Source of the DNA: Octopus bimaculoides
Taxonomy: Eukaryota
Direction: 5' to 3'
DNA: 64,000 bases
Assembly (NCBI RefSeq): GCF_001194135.2
Contig: NC_068995.1
Span: 53,353,740-53,417,739, forward strand
This document shows, piece by piece, positions 13,584-24,650 of this stretch. Position numbers and translations under genes: made by a program. Every line of letters begins with the position of its first letter. The first letter of the stretch is position 1. The notes under the pieces were generated by a model. That model was not told the origin of the DNA, searched no databases, and worked only from the letters and a program-made list of their open reading frames with translations.

Positions 13584-16500
13584 GTGTACTGTTCCGTGAT
13601 GGTAAGATCAGCAAAATACTCTTTCTGGTGAGCGATAAATATTATTTAATAAACACAGTATATATATTTTTACAAGCTACTAATAGTTTCAGGAGATGAA
13701 AACAGCTCAGACAGCATTTAATAACACATCTGGTGCCATCATGCAATTCTCAGGCTCTGCCCACATGGCATAACAAGCTAAAACAGGATGAAAGAACAAG
13801 AGAAAATACATGAAAAGGTGAGAAGAAAGTAGATGAAAAAGGTGGAAGGATGAAAACACAAATGTTTTCAACCTTCCACTTTTTCACCCTGATACCCCAT
13901 CACCACCATCTTTTTTCCCTTTCCATCTGGGATAGCCATGTACCTCTTCTACAGCAAGACACCTCTTCGTATCCCTCAATCACATTTTATTTTCTTAATG
14001 CCCAGCACAAGGACATTTATCTCAATATTACCCCTCTCCCCCATCACACTCAAGGGGTCTTGTCTTGTAAGTTACTTGGTGACCTTATTAGTGCCAGCGC
14101 CATATGAAAAGGCACCTGATAATATGCTGAAAAGCGGTTGGCATTCGGAAGGGCATTAAGCCATGGGAACCATACCAAAGTAGAGACATTGGAATTCAAT
14201 GCAATCCTCTGGATCATCAAATCTCATCAAACAATCCAACTTATGCCAGCATGGAAGATGGGCATTAAATGGTGATGATGGTGATGGAGATGACGACGAC
14301 GAAGACAAAGACGACAACGAAGACAGAAATAAAATTTTATATAACAGAAACAAACAAATAATGTCCCAGAATATGCCAGAGAACCCTGAACCTTACCACT
14401 CAGAAAGGACTGGAATATCTTCCACAAACTGTGACCATCCACTGCTCTGCACGTATGCCTTCTCAGCAACAACTCCAATAAGCAGTAAAGAAGCATCAGT
14501 ATGTCAGCCAAACTATAATGATCATCTATTTATCATATTTAATGTACATACAATTTTGGTAGGCAAGTTACTGCCCTATTTGTCCTGAAATAACATCCCA
14601 AATACATGTGCTAAACACAGCACATCCATATGAGATGTTATTTCAGGACAAATATCGCAGTAGCCGGCATACCAGCAATATGTATACATTAGATATGATA
14701 CATAGATGTCTATTTTGATTTAATTCTGCCTCATTTGCATGTACTGGATCCAAATTATATTTGTCGATTTCACCCTTTTTTCATAAACTTTAAAAAGACT
14801 TTCATCTGAAGACAAGATATCTTTGTTTTGTGTTTCTCAGAGCCTTCACCGGAAGCTGAGGCAGTTGCTAAAAGTGAAACAGCCTATTGTGACCACCGCA
14901 AAGCAATTACTTGCATCCAGCCGTTCCAGAACTGGTTTGGCTCTTTCAAAGACAATGAATTCAAGATATTCTCTGACTATGACACATTGAGGAATATGTG
15001 TGGGTAAGTTGTCTCTGATTGTGAAGAACAAAAATAATAACAAAAAAATATTTACTATTAGGCACAGGAGTGGCTGTGTGGTAAGTAGCTTGCTTACCAA
15101 CCACACGGTTCCGGGTCCATGGCACCCTGGGCAAGTGTCTTCTACTGTAGCCTCGGGCCGATCACAGCCTTGTGAGTGGATTTGGTAGATGAAAACTGAA
15201 AGAAGCCCATTGTATATGTGTGTGTGTGTGTCTGTGTTTGTCCATCCACTCTGCCTTGTTGCAATCAGTTTTGAAAATAATAAAGAATTTAATCAAATAA
15301 CTTAGTCATTCTCAAGCTACTCTTTGGAAGCTAAATTAACATGAAATTTTGGAGGAAGATTTTTAAATTTAAATCACTTAAAAACAAGAAGTAGCAGTAA
15401 CAGTAATGATAATGGGGTGGCGATGGGTGATGATAATGATGAATATGATTTTGGTGATAGTGATGATGATTTTNNNNNNNNNNNNNNNNNNNNNNNNNNN
15501 NNNNNNNNNNNNNNNNNNNNNNNNNNNNNNNNNNNNNNNNNNNNNNNNNNNNNNNNNNNNNNNNNNNNNNNNNNNNNNNNNNNNNNNNNNNNNNNNNNNN
15601 NNNNNNNNNNNNNNNNNNNNNNNNNNNNNNNNNNNNNNNNNNNNNNNNNNNNNNNNNNNNNNNNNNNNNNNNNNNNNNNNNNNNNNNNNNNNNNNNNNNN
15701 NNNNNNNNNNNNNNNNNNNNNNNNNNNNNNNNNNNNNNNNNNNNNNNNNNNNNNNNNNNNNNNNNNNNNNNNNNNNNNNNNNNNNNNNNNNNNNNNNNNN
15801 NNNNNNNNNNNNNNNNNNNNNAGATATACTAGAAATAAGATAATTTTGAAAACTGAAGAGAAATTCTTTGATTTTTTTTTTTTTTAACTCTTTAACATTT
15901 AGATTACTTTGTCAAAAGTGATGTTTATTTATTCTCATTTTTAAAATTCAATCATGTATTATCTTGTAGCTTTGAAATTTCAAGGATGTAATTGTTTATG
16001 TTTAGATTAACATTGTAGGGTAGGTGTAAGAGGCTGGATCTGGCTAGGTTCAACATAAAACAGGTAGAATATTTTGGCTGGGTATAACCAGTTTAAATAA
16101 TATTCTGTAACAAATTTTTTTTTTTTTCTTTTATAACTTTTTTTAAAAAATTATTCAGATCTGACCAACCACCATGAATGCTGGAGCAGCCACAGTGCCA
16201 ACGTCACTTACAGGCTTTGCAAAGAACTGATGCAAAGCAAGATGGAATATTATTATGACAGACATAAGGGAGACGCTATGCGTTATATCTGCGGGTAAAT
16301 CTCTTTTGCAAAATAACAAGTTAAAATATTCCATAATCCATTGTTAGAAATTCAAATTAAAATATCATTTATCCAAATTAAAAAAATTCCACATTCCACA
16401 TAGTTCTTCAAGAGGAACATGCTTCAACATATTATATTTAAATATCATAAATAAAACAAAGAACTCGTAGATCCATGTATTATTGTCTAGACATCTAAGT

Positions 16501-16756
16501 AGACATTATAGACAAAGCTTATCTAGGCTAAAAATATGAATAGTAATTATGGCAAGTAAAATGTAAATGACTTTTAATTCATTAAAAAAATGCTAATTTA
16601 TTGCATGAAATGTGATGTGTAGTTCAGTAAATAGTAATTAGCTTGATTTTCATATAAGCACAATTATTTCCATGTACCTTCTAATCTCAGTTTATAAACT
16701 AAAGCATGGCTATATTAAGCTTATATTCTGTGAATGAAGTTCCAAAAGGTGTGTGT

Positions 16757-16810
<54 letters not shown>

Positions 16811-17456
16811 TGGTTGACATCTTGTGATGACTGTAGACAAGCATCACTGTCAAATAAGTGGTGTTATGACGTTGCTCTCAGTTCCAATCTTCCATGGGAA
16901 ACATGTCTGGCCGTGGGAAATATTGATTGGAGACAGGAGAGGGATGGCAAGAAGAAGAAGAACGGAACCCAACTGTATAAAACCTGCCTCAACAAAATCC
17001 TGTCTGACCCATGCAAGCATGGCAAATTTGATATTAAAACAATGGTGATGGTGGTGGTGGTGGTGATGATGTGTCTCCCAGTTTTTAAAAGACTTACATG
17101 ATATCCCTTCATAACAGAAGAGGCAAATGAAAGGGCTGGTATTATGAAGAGCCCCCAACACTGCCTCAAAACAATTACGTCCTGCTCATACCAGCACAGA
17201 AGATCATATAAGGAAAAATGATGATGATGACGACAACGGCGACGACGACGACGATGATGATGACGATGATGATATATGTATTTTTTATTTGTTTTTTGTT
17301 TTTTTTCTTTTAGACTTATGTCTGAATTTCAACATTGTGTGACAATGATAGATTGTGAAGAAGATGCTAGAAATTTCATGGGGAATTTTTTGAGCGAAAC
17401 CATGGAACCCATCAAAGAATTCTACCAATGCAATGAGTCAAGGTACAAAGACGCTG
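4859..17456 (+). CDS. Partial multi-exon gene: uncharacterised Cys-patterned modular protein (4 modules) with a large Asn/Tyr-rich insert; join(4859-5027,6158-6285,8825-9818,10512-10657,14841-15003,[exon missing in gap],16159-16294,17314-17456)
   Basis: Seven AG/GT-bounded exons were translated by hand. Phases alternate 1-2-1-2 without stops, except at 15003/16159 where an N-gap intervenes. All four A exons end in M/I-C-(split codon). The Cys spacing recalls DUF19/CPG4/DUF1397-type helical extracellular modules (from memory, not searched). Secretion is inferred from the paired Cys; no signal-peptide exon was found. Confidence 0.85.
5198..5515 (+). mobile_element. Second SINE-like family (ggtgagctggcagaattgttagc...tctgagttcaaattc...gtcgactttgcctttcatc)
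   Basis: Related copies at about 1760-1930, 18270-18400, 23760-23850, 27900-28030 and 30545-30650(-). Confidence 0.75.
5562..5790 (+). mobile_element. tRNA-derived SINE, major family of the window
   Basis: A box tggctgtgtggtaag, B box ggttcagtcc, body gggcaagtgtcttctactatagc...gagtggatttggtagacagaaactgaaagaa. Confidence 0.85.
5800..6094 (+). mobile_element. mariner transposase 3' fragment plus right TIR
   Basis: 5800-6015 translates [14 protein letters not shown]...[21 protein letters not shown] (YSPDLAPxDYHLF motif and C-terminus); ends caagaactttcttgacaaactaata. Confidence 0.85.
6158..6285 (+). CDS. Gene 1 exon B1 ([17 protein letters not shown]...[10 protein letters not shown]), phase 2 to 1
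   Basis: Acceptor aatgtag at 6156-57; donor G|gtattt at 6286; 128 nt; in frame with A1 and A2. Confidence 0.8.
6480..6512 (-). ncRNA. Minimal type I hammerhead-like motif (third family) in a Penelope-like inverted repeat
   Basis: Minus strand reads UCU-CUGAAGA-GGGACUCUGUCU-GAAA-CGU-C-GGA: intact core, GUC triplet, weak helices with G-U pairs. 6503-6545 is an imperfect inverted repeat of 6567-6610. Confidence 0.55.
8285..8464. repeat. Minisatellite, 9 x 20 nt (aagctggcagaattgttagc)
   Basis: Nine contiguous units with few substitutions and no spacers; the unit matches the head of the second SINE-like family. Confidence 0.95.
8825..9818 (+). CDS. Gene 1 exon A2 (DYQKFQKC...YRTDICS) with Asn/Tyr/Asp/Arg-rich low-complexity insert
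   Basis: 994-nt open exon inside ORF 8692..9822; acceptor ttgtag at 8823-24; donor AG|gtaagt at 9819. Confidence 0.9.
10512..10657 (+). CDS. Gene 1 exon B2 ([16 protein letters not shown]...[11 protein letters not shown]), phase 2 to 1
   Basis: Acceptor tttatttacag at 10510-11; donor G|gtacat at 10658; 146 nt; three Cys spaced as in B1 and B4. Confidence 0.85.
12170..12860 (-). mobile_element. Degenerate, internally deleted mariner element
   Basis: Minus-strand fragments [52 protein letters not shown] and GDYFEGD. Confidence 0.8.
14577..14654. repeat. Perfect 21-bp inverted repeat enclosing a second 7-bp hairpin
   Basis: tatttgtcctgaaataacatc (14577-14597) / gatgttatttcaggacaaata (14634-14654); inner atgtgct-aaacac-agcacat. 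Confidence 0.9.
14841..15003 (+). CDS. Gene 1 exon A3 ([25 protein letters not shown]...LRNMCG), phase 1 to 2
   Basis: Acceptor tgtttctcag at 14839-40; donor GG|gtaagt at 15004; 163 nt. Confidence 0.85.
15474..15821. other. Assembly gap (348 N) predicted to hide gene 1 exon B3
   Basis: Flanking exons end in phase 2 and start in phase 1; no suitable exon in the sequenced part; other B exons are 128-146 nt. Confidence 0.7.
16159..16294 (+). CDS. Gene 1 exon A4 ([21 protein letters not shown]...AMRYICG), phase 1 to 2
   Basis: Acceptor ttattcag at 16157-58; donor GG|gtaaat at 16295; 136 nt; first Cys at the same codon position as in A2. Confidence 0.85.
17314..17456 (+). CDS. Gene 1 exon B4 ([14 protein letters not shown]...[13 protein letters not shown]), phase 2 to 1
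   Basis: Long T tract then AG at 17312-13; donor G|gtaagt at 17457; 143 nt. Further downstream exon(s) not identified. Confidence 0.85.
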
Positions 17457-17874
17457 GTAAGTCGGTTTCATAGGAATTTCTTCAATGTCTTATTTAATTA
17501 ATTTCTTAAATGTCTTGTTTAATTAATCGTTTGTTCTTTTACTGGTTCAAGAGAGGGCATGGCTTATTGGTTAAGGAGTTTGCTTCTGAAATGCATGGCT
17601 TTCGGTTCAGTGCTGCTATGTGGCACCATGGGCAAGTGTCTTCTACATTTGACAGAGTAACCTGTGAGTGCTAAAGGGCTAGATAAGTTTCAGCTCTTAT
17701 AATGATCTCATCAGTGAGGTCATAAAAGTTTACTGTATTTGTTAAAATAGTGATAAGAGTATCATTAAATGAATATACAAAATTCATTTAAGTGGTTTGT
17801 GTATAAAAATAAAATTGCTTAAAGAACAGATTACTCAGAGACAACAGCTTTATAAAAAACAAACAATAATTTTG

Positions 17875-18245
17875 TTACTACCTCCGCCTTTGCTAAGGTG
17901 GAGGTATTGTTTCAGTCATGTTTGTTTGCTTGTCTGTGGACAAGATATCTCAAGAACCACTAGATGAATTTGGTTGAGACTTTCAGGGATGTTTGGCCTC
18001 GTGGCTGGCACAAACCGATTAGATGTTGGGATCAATCCAGTACTGGACAAAGATTCTGGATTATTTTTCGTGTTTTTTTATTACTTAATTTTTGAGAGTG
18101 ATCAGGTTCATTTTCATTATTCTCGTTTGTGAGAGCAGTCGAGTTTATTTCAGATATTCTCATTTAAAAAATCATCTCTGACTAATCGTTGAGAGGATGT
18201 TGGTGTTGCCTTGGCAGAGTCTTGCACTCTATGAGTGCTCTTGTT
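17875..18245 (+). mobile_element. Non-autonomous Helentron-type (HINE/DINE-like) element
   Basis: 5' hairpin acctccgcctt-tgct-aaggtggaggt, then gtttgtttgcttgtctgt; 3' subterminal ccttggcagag, stem-loop gcactc-tat-gagtgc and T-rich end. Confidence 0.65.
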
Positions 18246-19934
18246 ATTGTTATTAAGCTTTACATTCTGAATTCAAATTTGACCATAGTTGAGTTAGCCT
18301 TTCATCCTTTGAGTGTCGATAAAATAAGCACAACTCAAGCACTAGAGTTGATATAATTGACTTCCTCATCTCTTCAAATACTGTTGGCCTTGTTGAAAAC
18401 ATTTGCCCGAGATACTGCGCAATGGAACTGAACTCAAAACCACATGGGTGCAAAGCAAACTTCTTAACCAGAAAGCTAAGCCTGCATCTAACATTGTTGT
18501 TTTATAGTTTCTTCCATAAACCACTTCCTGCTTTTTTCCACTACAACACTCTTACGCATAAATAACTATCACCTGCCACACACACATTGTTCTGTAATGG
18601 TTTCTGTCAAATTTTTGCACTTTAGTAAACTTGAGGCAATTAAAATATCACGAAGAAACATACTTGTTACAAGGCCTGTCAAGTACACCACTTGAGTATT
18701 TTAGATTCAAACGCTGAGAGTAGGGTGGGTGGGCAGTAGGGTTGGTTTTTATGGTTCACATACACACACACACAATTGCACAAATACACACAAGAGCATG
18801 CATGTATGTATGAAGCTACAAACAAGAGGAAAAGGTACTCAAGGCAGAAGTAATTTATGACTATTTATTGTAGTGGTATGATCATTCAATGTAGAATGTG
18901 TTTGCACATACATGCATACATTATATATACATATCTATATATATATATATAAAATAGGTTCCAATTATTGTTCTCTATGAAGACTGGTGGTTTTGTGATA
19001 ATCTATAGCTGACAGGTAGTTTCAATACAGTGACAGTGTAGAGGAAGTGTAGTGGAAGTGTATTATCAGTGTAGTAGCAGCATAGTAGTGGCCAAGCAGT
19101 GTAGTGACAATGTAATGACAGTGTTATGGCAGTGTAATGACTGTGAAATTGCAGTGTAAGGGGTAGAAATGATGATTTCATTATGAGTTATCCTCAGATC
19201 AGAAATCTGGTCCAAATGATTGCAATGGAATGGATTCCTCCAAAGGTGTCAAATGCATGCAGGGAATGGACTCTTCCAAAGGCACCTCATGGCATAAATA
19301 TTTGATTACATTATTAAACAACATGCTAGAAATAACAATTAAATTCTCTGAATAGTTGCTTACTTATTCTGCTAGAAATAGCAGCCAAACAACCCTGAAA
19401 TCATATCTTACTATCTTAGAACATGAAGGACATACAAGATGATGTAATCTTGATAAAAAAAAAACACTGCATAAAAAACAGGTTGGTTACGAGGATGCTT
19501 TTGATCATAAGTTGGTTCAATCTGGACTGATCTGGAACTAAGCAGCAACAATAAGAACAACAACAGCAGATGGTTCCAAGATGGACATTTACAAGATGGA
19601 AGACTAAAGATTTACCAAGATTAAAGATAATGGTCTGTGAGTTATTTACATGGCCAGCATGAAGCAAGCTCTATTCAGATTTCTCATACTGACCTTGTGA
19701 ATATCTGACGTATCGTTAAATCTTCATCATCCTCTCCAGTTGCAACTAGATTCCTACGGCAATGGTAAACAAGATAAAAATATTGGTGTAATGTAATCTT
19801 TTTGATTAGACATGTCTGAATCTTTCAGAATTATATCAGACACCATTTTAAGTTTAACATGTAATGTCTGAACATAGAATGTCTTTAAGCTCAACACAAG
19901 ATGTTTTTTAAGTTTAACAAACAATACGTTTACC

Positions 19935-20175
19935 TTATTTACCTTATTTACATTTCACGGATATTTGTCCGCATTTGGTTCGTTGTTAACACAACGTTTC
20001 GGCTGATATACCCTCCAGCCTTCATCAGGTGTCTTGGAGAAATTTCGAACCTGGGTTCTCATTCCTAAGGTATTTTTTGATGTTATTATTTTTATTATTA
20101 CTATTATTATTATTATTATTATTGTTATTATTATTATTATTATTCAGGTCACTGCTTGGAATCGATCTCGGAATT
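19935..20175 (-). mobile_element. tRNA-headed hammerhead SINE-like element, copy with 5'-truncated head
   Basis: B-box remnant, (AAT)n, shared body, hammerhead and tail ggacaaatatccgtgaaatgtaaataa; homologous to 44491-44655 and 47627-47906. Confidence 0.8.
19988..20033 (-). ncRNA. Minimal type I hammerhead ribozyme motif, core intact
   Basis: Minus strand reads GACAC-CUGAUGA-A-GGCUG(gaggguauau)CAGCC-GAAA-CGU-U-GUGUU. Helix I is GACAC/GUGUU, helix II has 5 bp, helix III is the palindrome ACGU, the cleavage triplet is GUU, and there is one extra A after A9. Confidence 0.8.
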
Positions 20176-21452
20176 GTTGTCAGTGCCACTGGACTGGCTC
20201 CTGTGCAGGTGGCACGTAAAAAAACACCCCTTGAGCGTGGCTGTTGCCAGTACTGCCTAACTGGTCCCCAAGCCAGTGGCACGTGAAAGCACCCACTACA
20301 CTCTTTGATTGTATGGAATAAAAGGAAATAAATAGAGAGAGAATGAAAGAAACCCGTGTTGAGTTCAGTCGTCCATCATGGCGATTCTTTATTCTTTTAC
20401 TTGCTTCAGTCATTTGACTATGGCCATGCTGGAGCACCACCTTGAAGGATTTTAGTCAAACAATCGACCCCAGGATGTAATTCTGTAGCCTAGTACTTAG
20501 TCTATCAGTCTCTTTTGCTGAACCGCTAAGTTACGGGGAGGTAAACACTAACACCAGTTGACAAGCAGTGATGGGAGGTCAAACACAAACACAATGACAC
20601 ACACACATGGATATATACATATAAATATATATACGACAGGCTTCTTTCAGTTTCCATCTATCACATCCGTTCACAAGGCTTTGGTCAACCCGAGGCTATG
20701 GTAGAAGACACTTGTCCAAGGTGCCATGCAGTAGGACTGAACCCAGAACCATGTGGGTGAGAAGCAAGTTTCTTACCACACAGATATGCCTGTGCTATAT
20801 ATATATATATATGTCTATGGGTGTGTGTGTGAGTATGTACGTGTATACATGTGTACATACATACACACACACACAAACATACATAAATAAACATGCACAT
20901 ACATATGTAGAATTATAACATTTTGCATTTAAATGCCAGAATAGAAAGAAACCAATGCAAGCAAGACATGCCAACCATTTCAGTTGATCTTTATCAAGAG
21001 AATTAGGAAATAAAATATCAGGAATGTCAATGTACCATAAAGATAAGAAATATATGTTGGGCTTCAATCAGCATTTTTAATTTTTCCTCTCTATTAATGT
21101 TGTTAAAAAAAACCTTGTAGTCCTTTCTCGGTTCATTAACCTATTCGTTACTGTATTTCTGGCCAAACATTGTTTATTTGTTTTAATTAATACTGAAGAT
21201 AGTCAAGAAACTGGAGGAATTTGAGTAAAATGAAAATCTTTCTGCATTTGTGTAGGAATGTCATTGTTTCTGACTGAATAATTTTCATGCTTGCATGGGT
21301 CAGAATAGAATTTGCTGCAGCAGATATTCTACGACCAGATGTCACTGGAAACAAACAAACTTGCTTGTATGATGATGATGATGATGAGGATGCTCATTTA
21401 TAATCATCATGTAATGTCCAGATAAGAGTACACAAAAGCATATACACATACA

Positions 21453-21718
21453 TATTGGGTTGGTGCATAATTATTGTGTCTTTTTTTTCAACAAATTTTA
21501 TTCAACAAAAACAATATTGAACAAAAACAATATTGAACAAAAACATCTTTAAATGACGGTATGACCGTCTGCCAAGCAAATGGGAAGCAGTAATTGAAGT
21601 AGATGGTGAATATGCTTCACAATAATCATTTAAAGATGCTTTTGTTACATGTTGTCATTGTTTTTGTTGAATAAAATTTGTTGAAAAAAAGCCACAATAA
21701 TTATGCACCAACCCAATA
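21453..21718 (+). mobile_element. mariner-derived MITE
   Basis: Perfect terminal inverted repeat tattgggttggtgcataattattg/caataattatgcaccaacccaata; internal remnant YDRLPSKWEAVIEVDGEY. Confidence 0.9.
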
Positions 21719-22417
21719 NNNNNNNNNNNNNNNNNNNNNNNNNNNNNNNNNNNNNNNNNNNNNNNNNNNNNNNNNNNNNNNNNNNNNNNNNNNNNNNNNN
21801 NNNNNNNNNNNNNNNNNNNNNNNNNNNNNNNNNNNNNNNNNNNNNNNNNNNNNNNNNNNNNNNNNNNNNNNNNNNNNNNNNNNNNNNNNNNNNNNNNNNN
21901 NNNNNNNNNNNNNNNNNNNNNNNNNNNNNNNNATATATCTATATATGTGTGTGTGTGTGAGTGTATATATATATATATATATATGTAGTGGCACAGGAAC
22001 CAATCAGGTGGAATTGGTATCAACAACACTTGAATGGTGCCTTTTATGTAGCACTGGCATTGTGTCAGATGGCACAGATAATCACACCTCATGGAATATT
22101 GCTTATTACAGATGGAATCAACTTTAGGGCACTACTCAGAAAATGATCAATTATTTTATCTCTTCAAATCCTAGAGATAATATTTATTTGGTTTATTGAA
22201 TTGTTTTATTGATTAGGAAATGATCTGCATGGCTGAAAGTAGATTCATTAATGAGCTGAGATTACACAGTGACAATTGATTTCACACTTTAATTAAAACA
22301 AATGTCTGCCACATCATGATGCATAATTAATAATGCTTTCTGTTAATTATAGTATCTCTATAATTGTATTGAAAAACTTAGATGATTTAATAATAACGAC
22401 AACAATGTATAAGTGAT

Positions 22418-22568
22418 GGGCGTGGCTCTGTGGTAAGAAGCTTGCTTCCCAACCACATGGTTCTGAGTTCAGTACCACTGTTGGCACCTTGAGCAAGTGT
22501 TCTCTTGGGTGACCAAAGCCTTGTGAGTAGATTTGGTAGACAGAAACTGAATATATGTATATATCTAA

Positions 22569-22630
<62 letters not shown>

Positions 22631-22845
22631 ATGTATCTGTGTGGGAGTGTTTGTTCTCCCCACCAGCACCACCATCACTTGACAACTGATGTTGGTGCGT
22701 TTACATCCCTGAAACTTAGCAGTTCGGCAAAAGATATCAATAGAATAAGTACTAGGCTCACAAAGAATAAGTCCTGGGGTCGATTTGTTCAACTAAAGGC
22801 GGTACTCCAGCATGGCCACAGTCAAATGACTGAAACAAGTAATAA
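22418..22845 (+). mobile_element. Near full-length copy of the major tRNA-derived SINE with internal (TA)n
   Basis: Same head and body as 5562-5790, plus 3' part ending gctccagcatggccacagtcaaatgactgaaacaagta. Other copies at about 566-724(-), 7165-7560, 9872-10030, 15065-15210, 20390-20792(-), 25190-25500, 28903-29040(-), 54036-54165 and 55555-55705(-). Confidence 0.85.
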
Positions 22846-24433
22846 AAAAAAAGAATATATATATTTAATTAATAAAACACATGTCAGAAAAGAACGACAC
22901 TCTAAAGAACAGAACAGTAATTATTACAACAATAATATCTTGGACATAGAGTTACCAAAGGTTTCACATCCACAAAGCCAAAGCCTTGTGGACAGCTTGT
23001 CCGATTCTGTACAAGGACAAAAAATTTTTAAACTTTCTACGTCAAGATTTCTAANNNNNNNNNNNNNNNNNNNNNNNNNNNNNNNNNNNNNNNNNNNNNN
23101 NNNNNNNNNNNNNNNNNNNNNNNNNNNNNNNNNNNNNNNNNNNNNNNNNNNNNNNNNNNNNNNNNNNNNNNNNNNNNNNNNNNNNNNNNNNNNNNNNNNN
23201 NNNNNNNNNNNNNNNNNNNNNNNNNNNNNNNNNNNNNNNNNNNNNNNNNNNNNNNNNNNNNNNNNNNNNNNNNNNNNNNNNNNNNNNNNNNNNNNNNNNN
23301 NNNNNNNNNNNNNNNNNNNNNNNNNNNNNNNNNNNNNNNNNNNNNNNNNNNNNNNNNNNNNNNNNNNNNNNNNNNNNNNNNNNNNNNNNNNNNNNNNNNN
23401 NNNNNNNNNNNNNNNNNNNNNNNNNNNNNNNNNNNNNNNNNNNNNNNNNNNNNNNNNNNNNNNNNNNNNNNNNNNNNNNNNNNNNNNNNNNNNNNNNNNN
23501 NNNNNNNNNNNNNNNNNNNNNNNNNNNNNNNNNNNNNNNNNNNNNNNNNNNNNNNNNNNNNNNNNNNNNNNNNNNNNNNNNNNNNNNNNNNNNNNNNNNN
23601 NNNNNNNNNNNNNNNNNNNNNNNNNNNNNNNNNNNNNNNNNNNNNNNNNNNNNNNNNNNNNNNNNNNNNNNNNNNNNNNNNNNNNNNNNNNNNNNNNNNN
23701 NNNNNNNNNNNNNNNNNNNNNNNNNNNNNNNNNNNNNNNNNNNNNNNNNNNNNNNNNNNNCTGCAGGCTGGCATTGGACCAAATGCTTAGTGGCATCTGT
23801 TCCAACTCTTTGGGTTCTGAGCTCAAATTCCACCAGGGTCAACTTTGAACAGGATAAACTATCCATATTTTGCAGAAAAATCTGTCATCGGTCAACCATG
23901 TGACTCGAACTCACTTTCCTGTGATTATGTGTCAAGTGATTTACCATTAAGCTAAACTGCCCCAACGACAAATTCTTCAGCAAATGTAGGATATATAAAT
24001 CTAGTTTTATAAGACATTATTGTAAGTTACATTGAAAGTCAACAAATTTGCTTAGAAGCGTTGATATGTATCTTTCAATACATCTCAATGCTTCTAAAGC
24101 AAACTTTGGTCGTTATATCAGAACTGACCTGGGTTAGACAACAACATCAATCATCACATTAATTAGATTGCATATTTGTCATTAACTTGAAATGACTTGT
24201 TTTCTGTATCATTTTTCTGTCTCTTCCAGTTAACCACTTAATTAGTTCAATCAATCAAATCAACACAAAATAGAAATTACTAAATAACATTGGAGGCATT
24301 ATTATATTAGATGCATTTAACCAAATCAACAGTCACATTTTTGCACACCTCTGTTGCAGTTTGACATTGTTTTAATAAAAACTGTTGCTATTAAATAGCA
24401 ATAATTAATTTTGTGCATATGCAAATAATCATG

Positions 24434-24650
24434 TATGAGAGGGTGCTGAAAAGTCCCTGGCTTTAAGGGTATCGCAAAAGGCTTGGTTGAGGCCCAACCT
24501 TCCAAGTTCTTTTACAGGGCTTAGAAAAACTGAAGGACCCCCTGCAATAAGTGTGTGAATCTGAGAGGGGAATATGTTGAATAAAACCATAACTAACCCT
24601 CCTGTATTTTCTTTTACCCAAAGCCAGAAACTTTTTACCTTCCCCTCATA
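24434..24650 (+). mobile_element. mariner-derived MITE
   Basis: Imperfect TIRs tatgagagggtgctgaaaagtccctggcttt/aaagccagaaactttttaccttcccctcata, bounded by TA. Confidence 0.75.
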
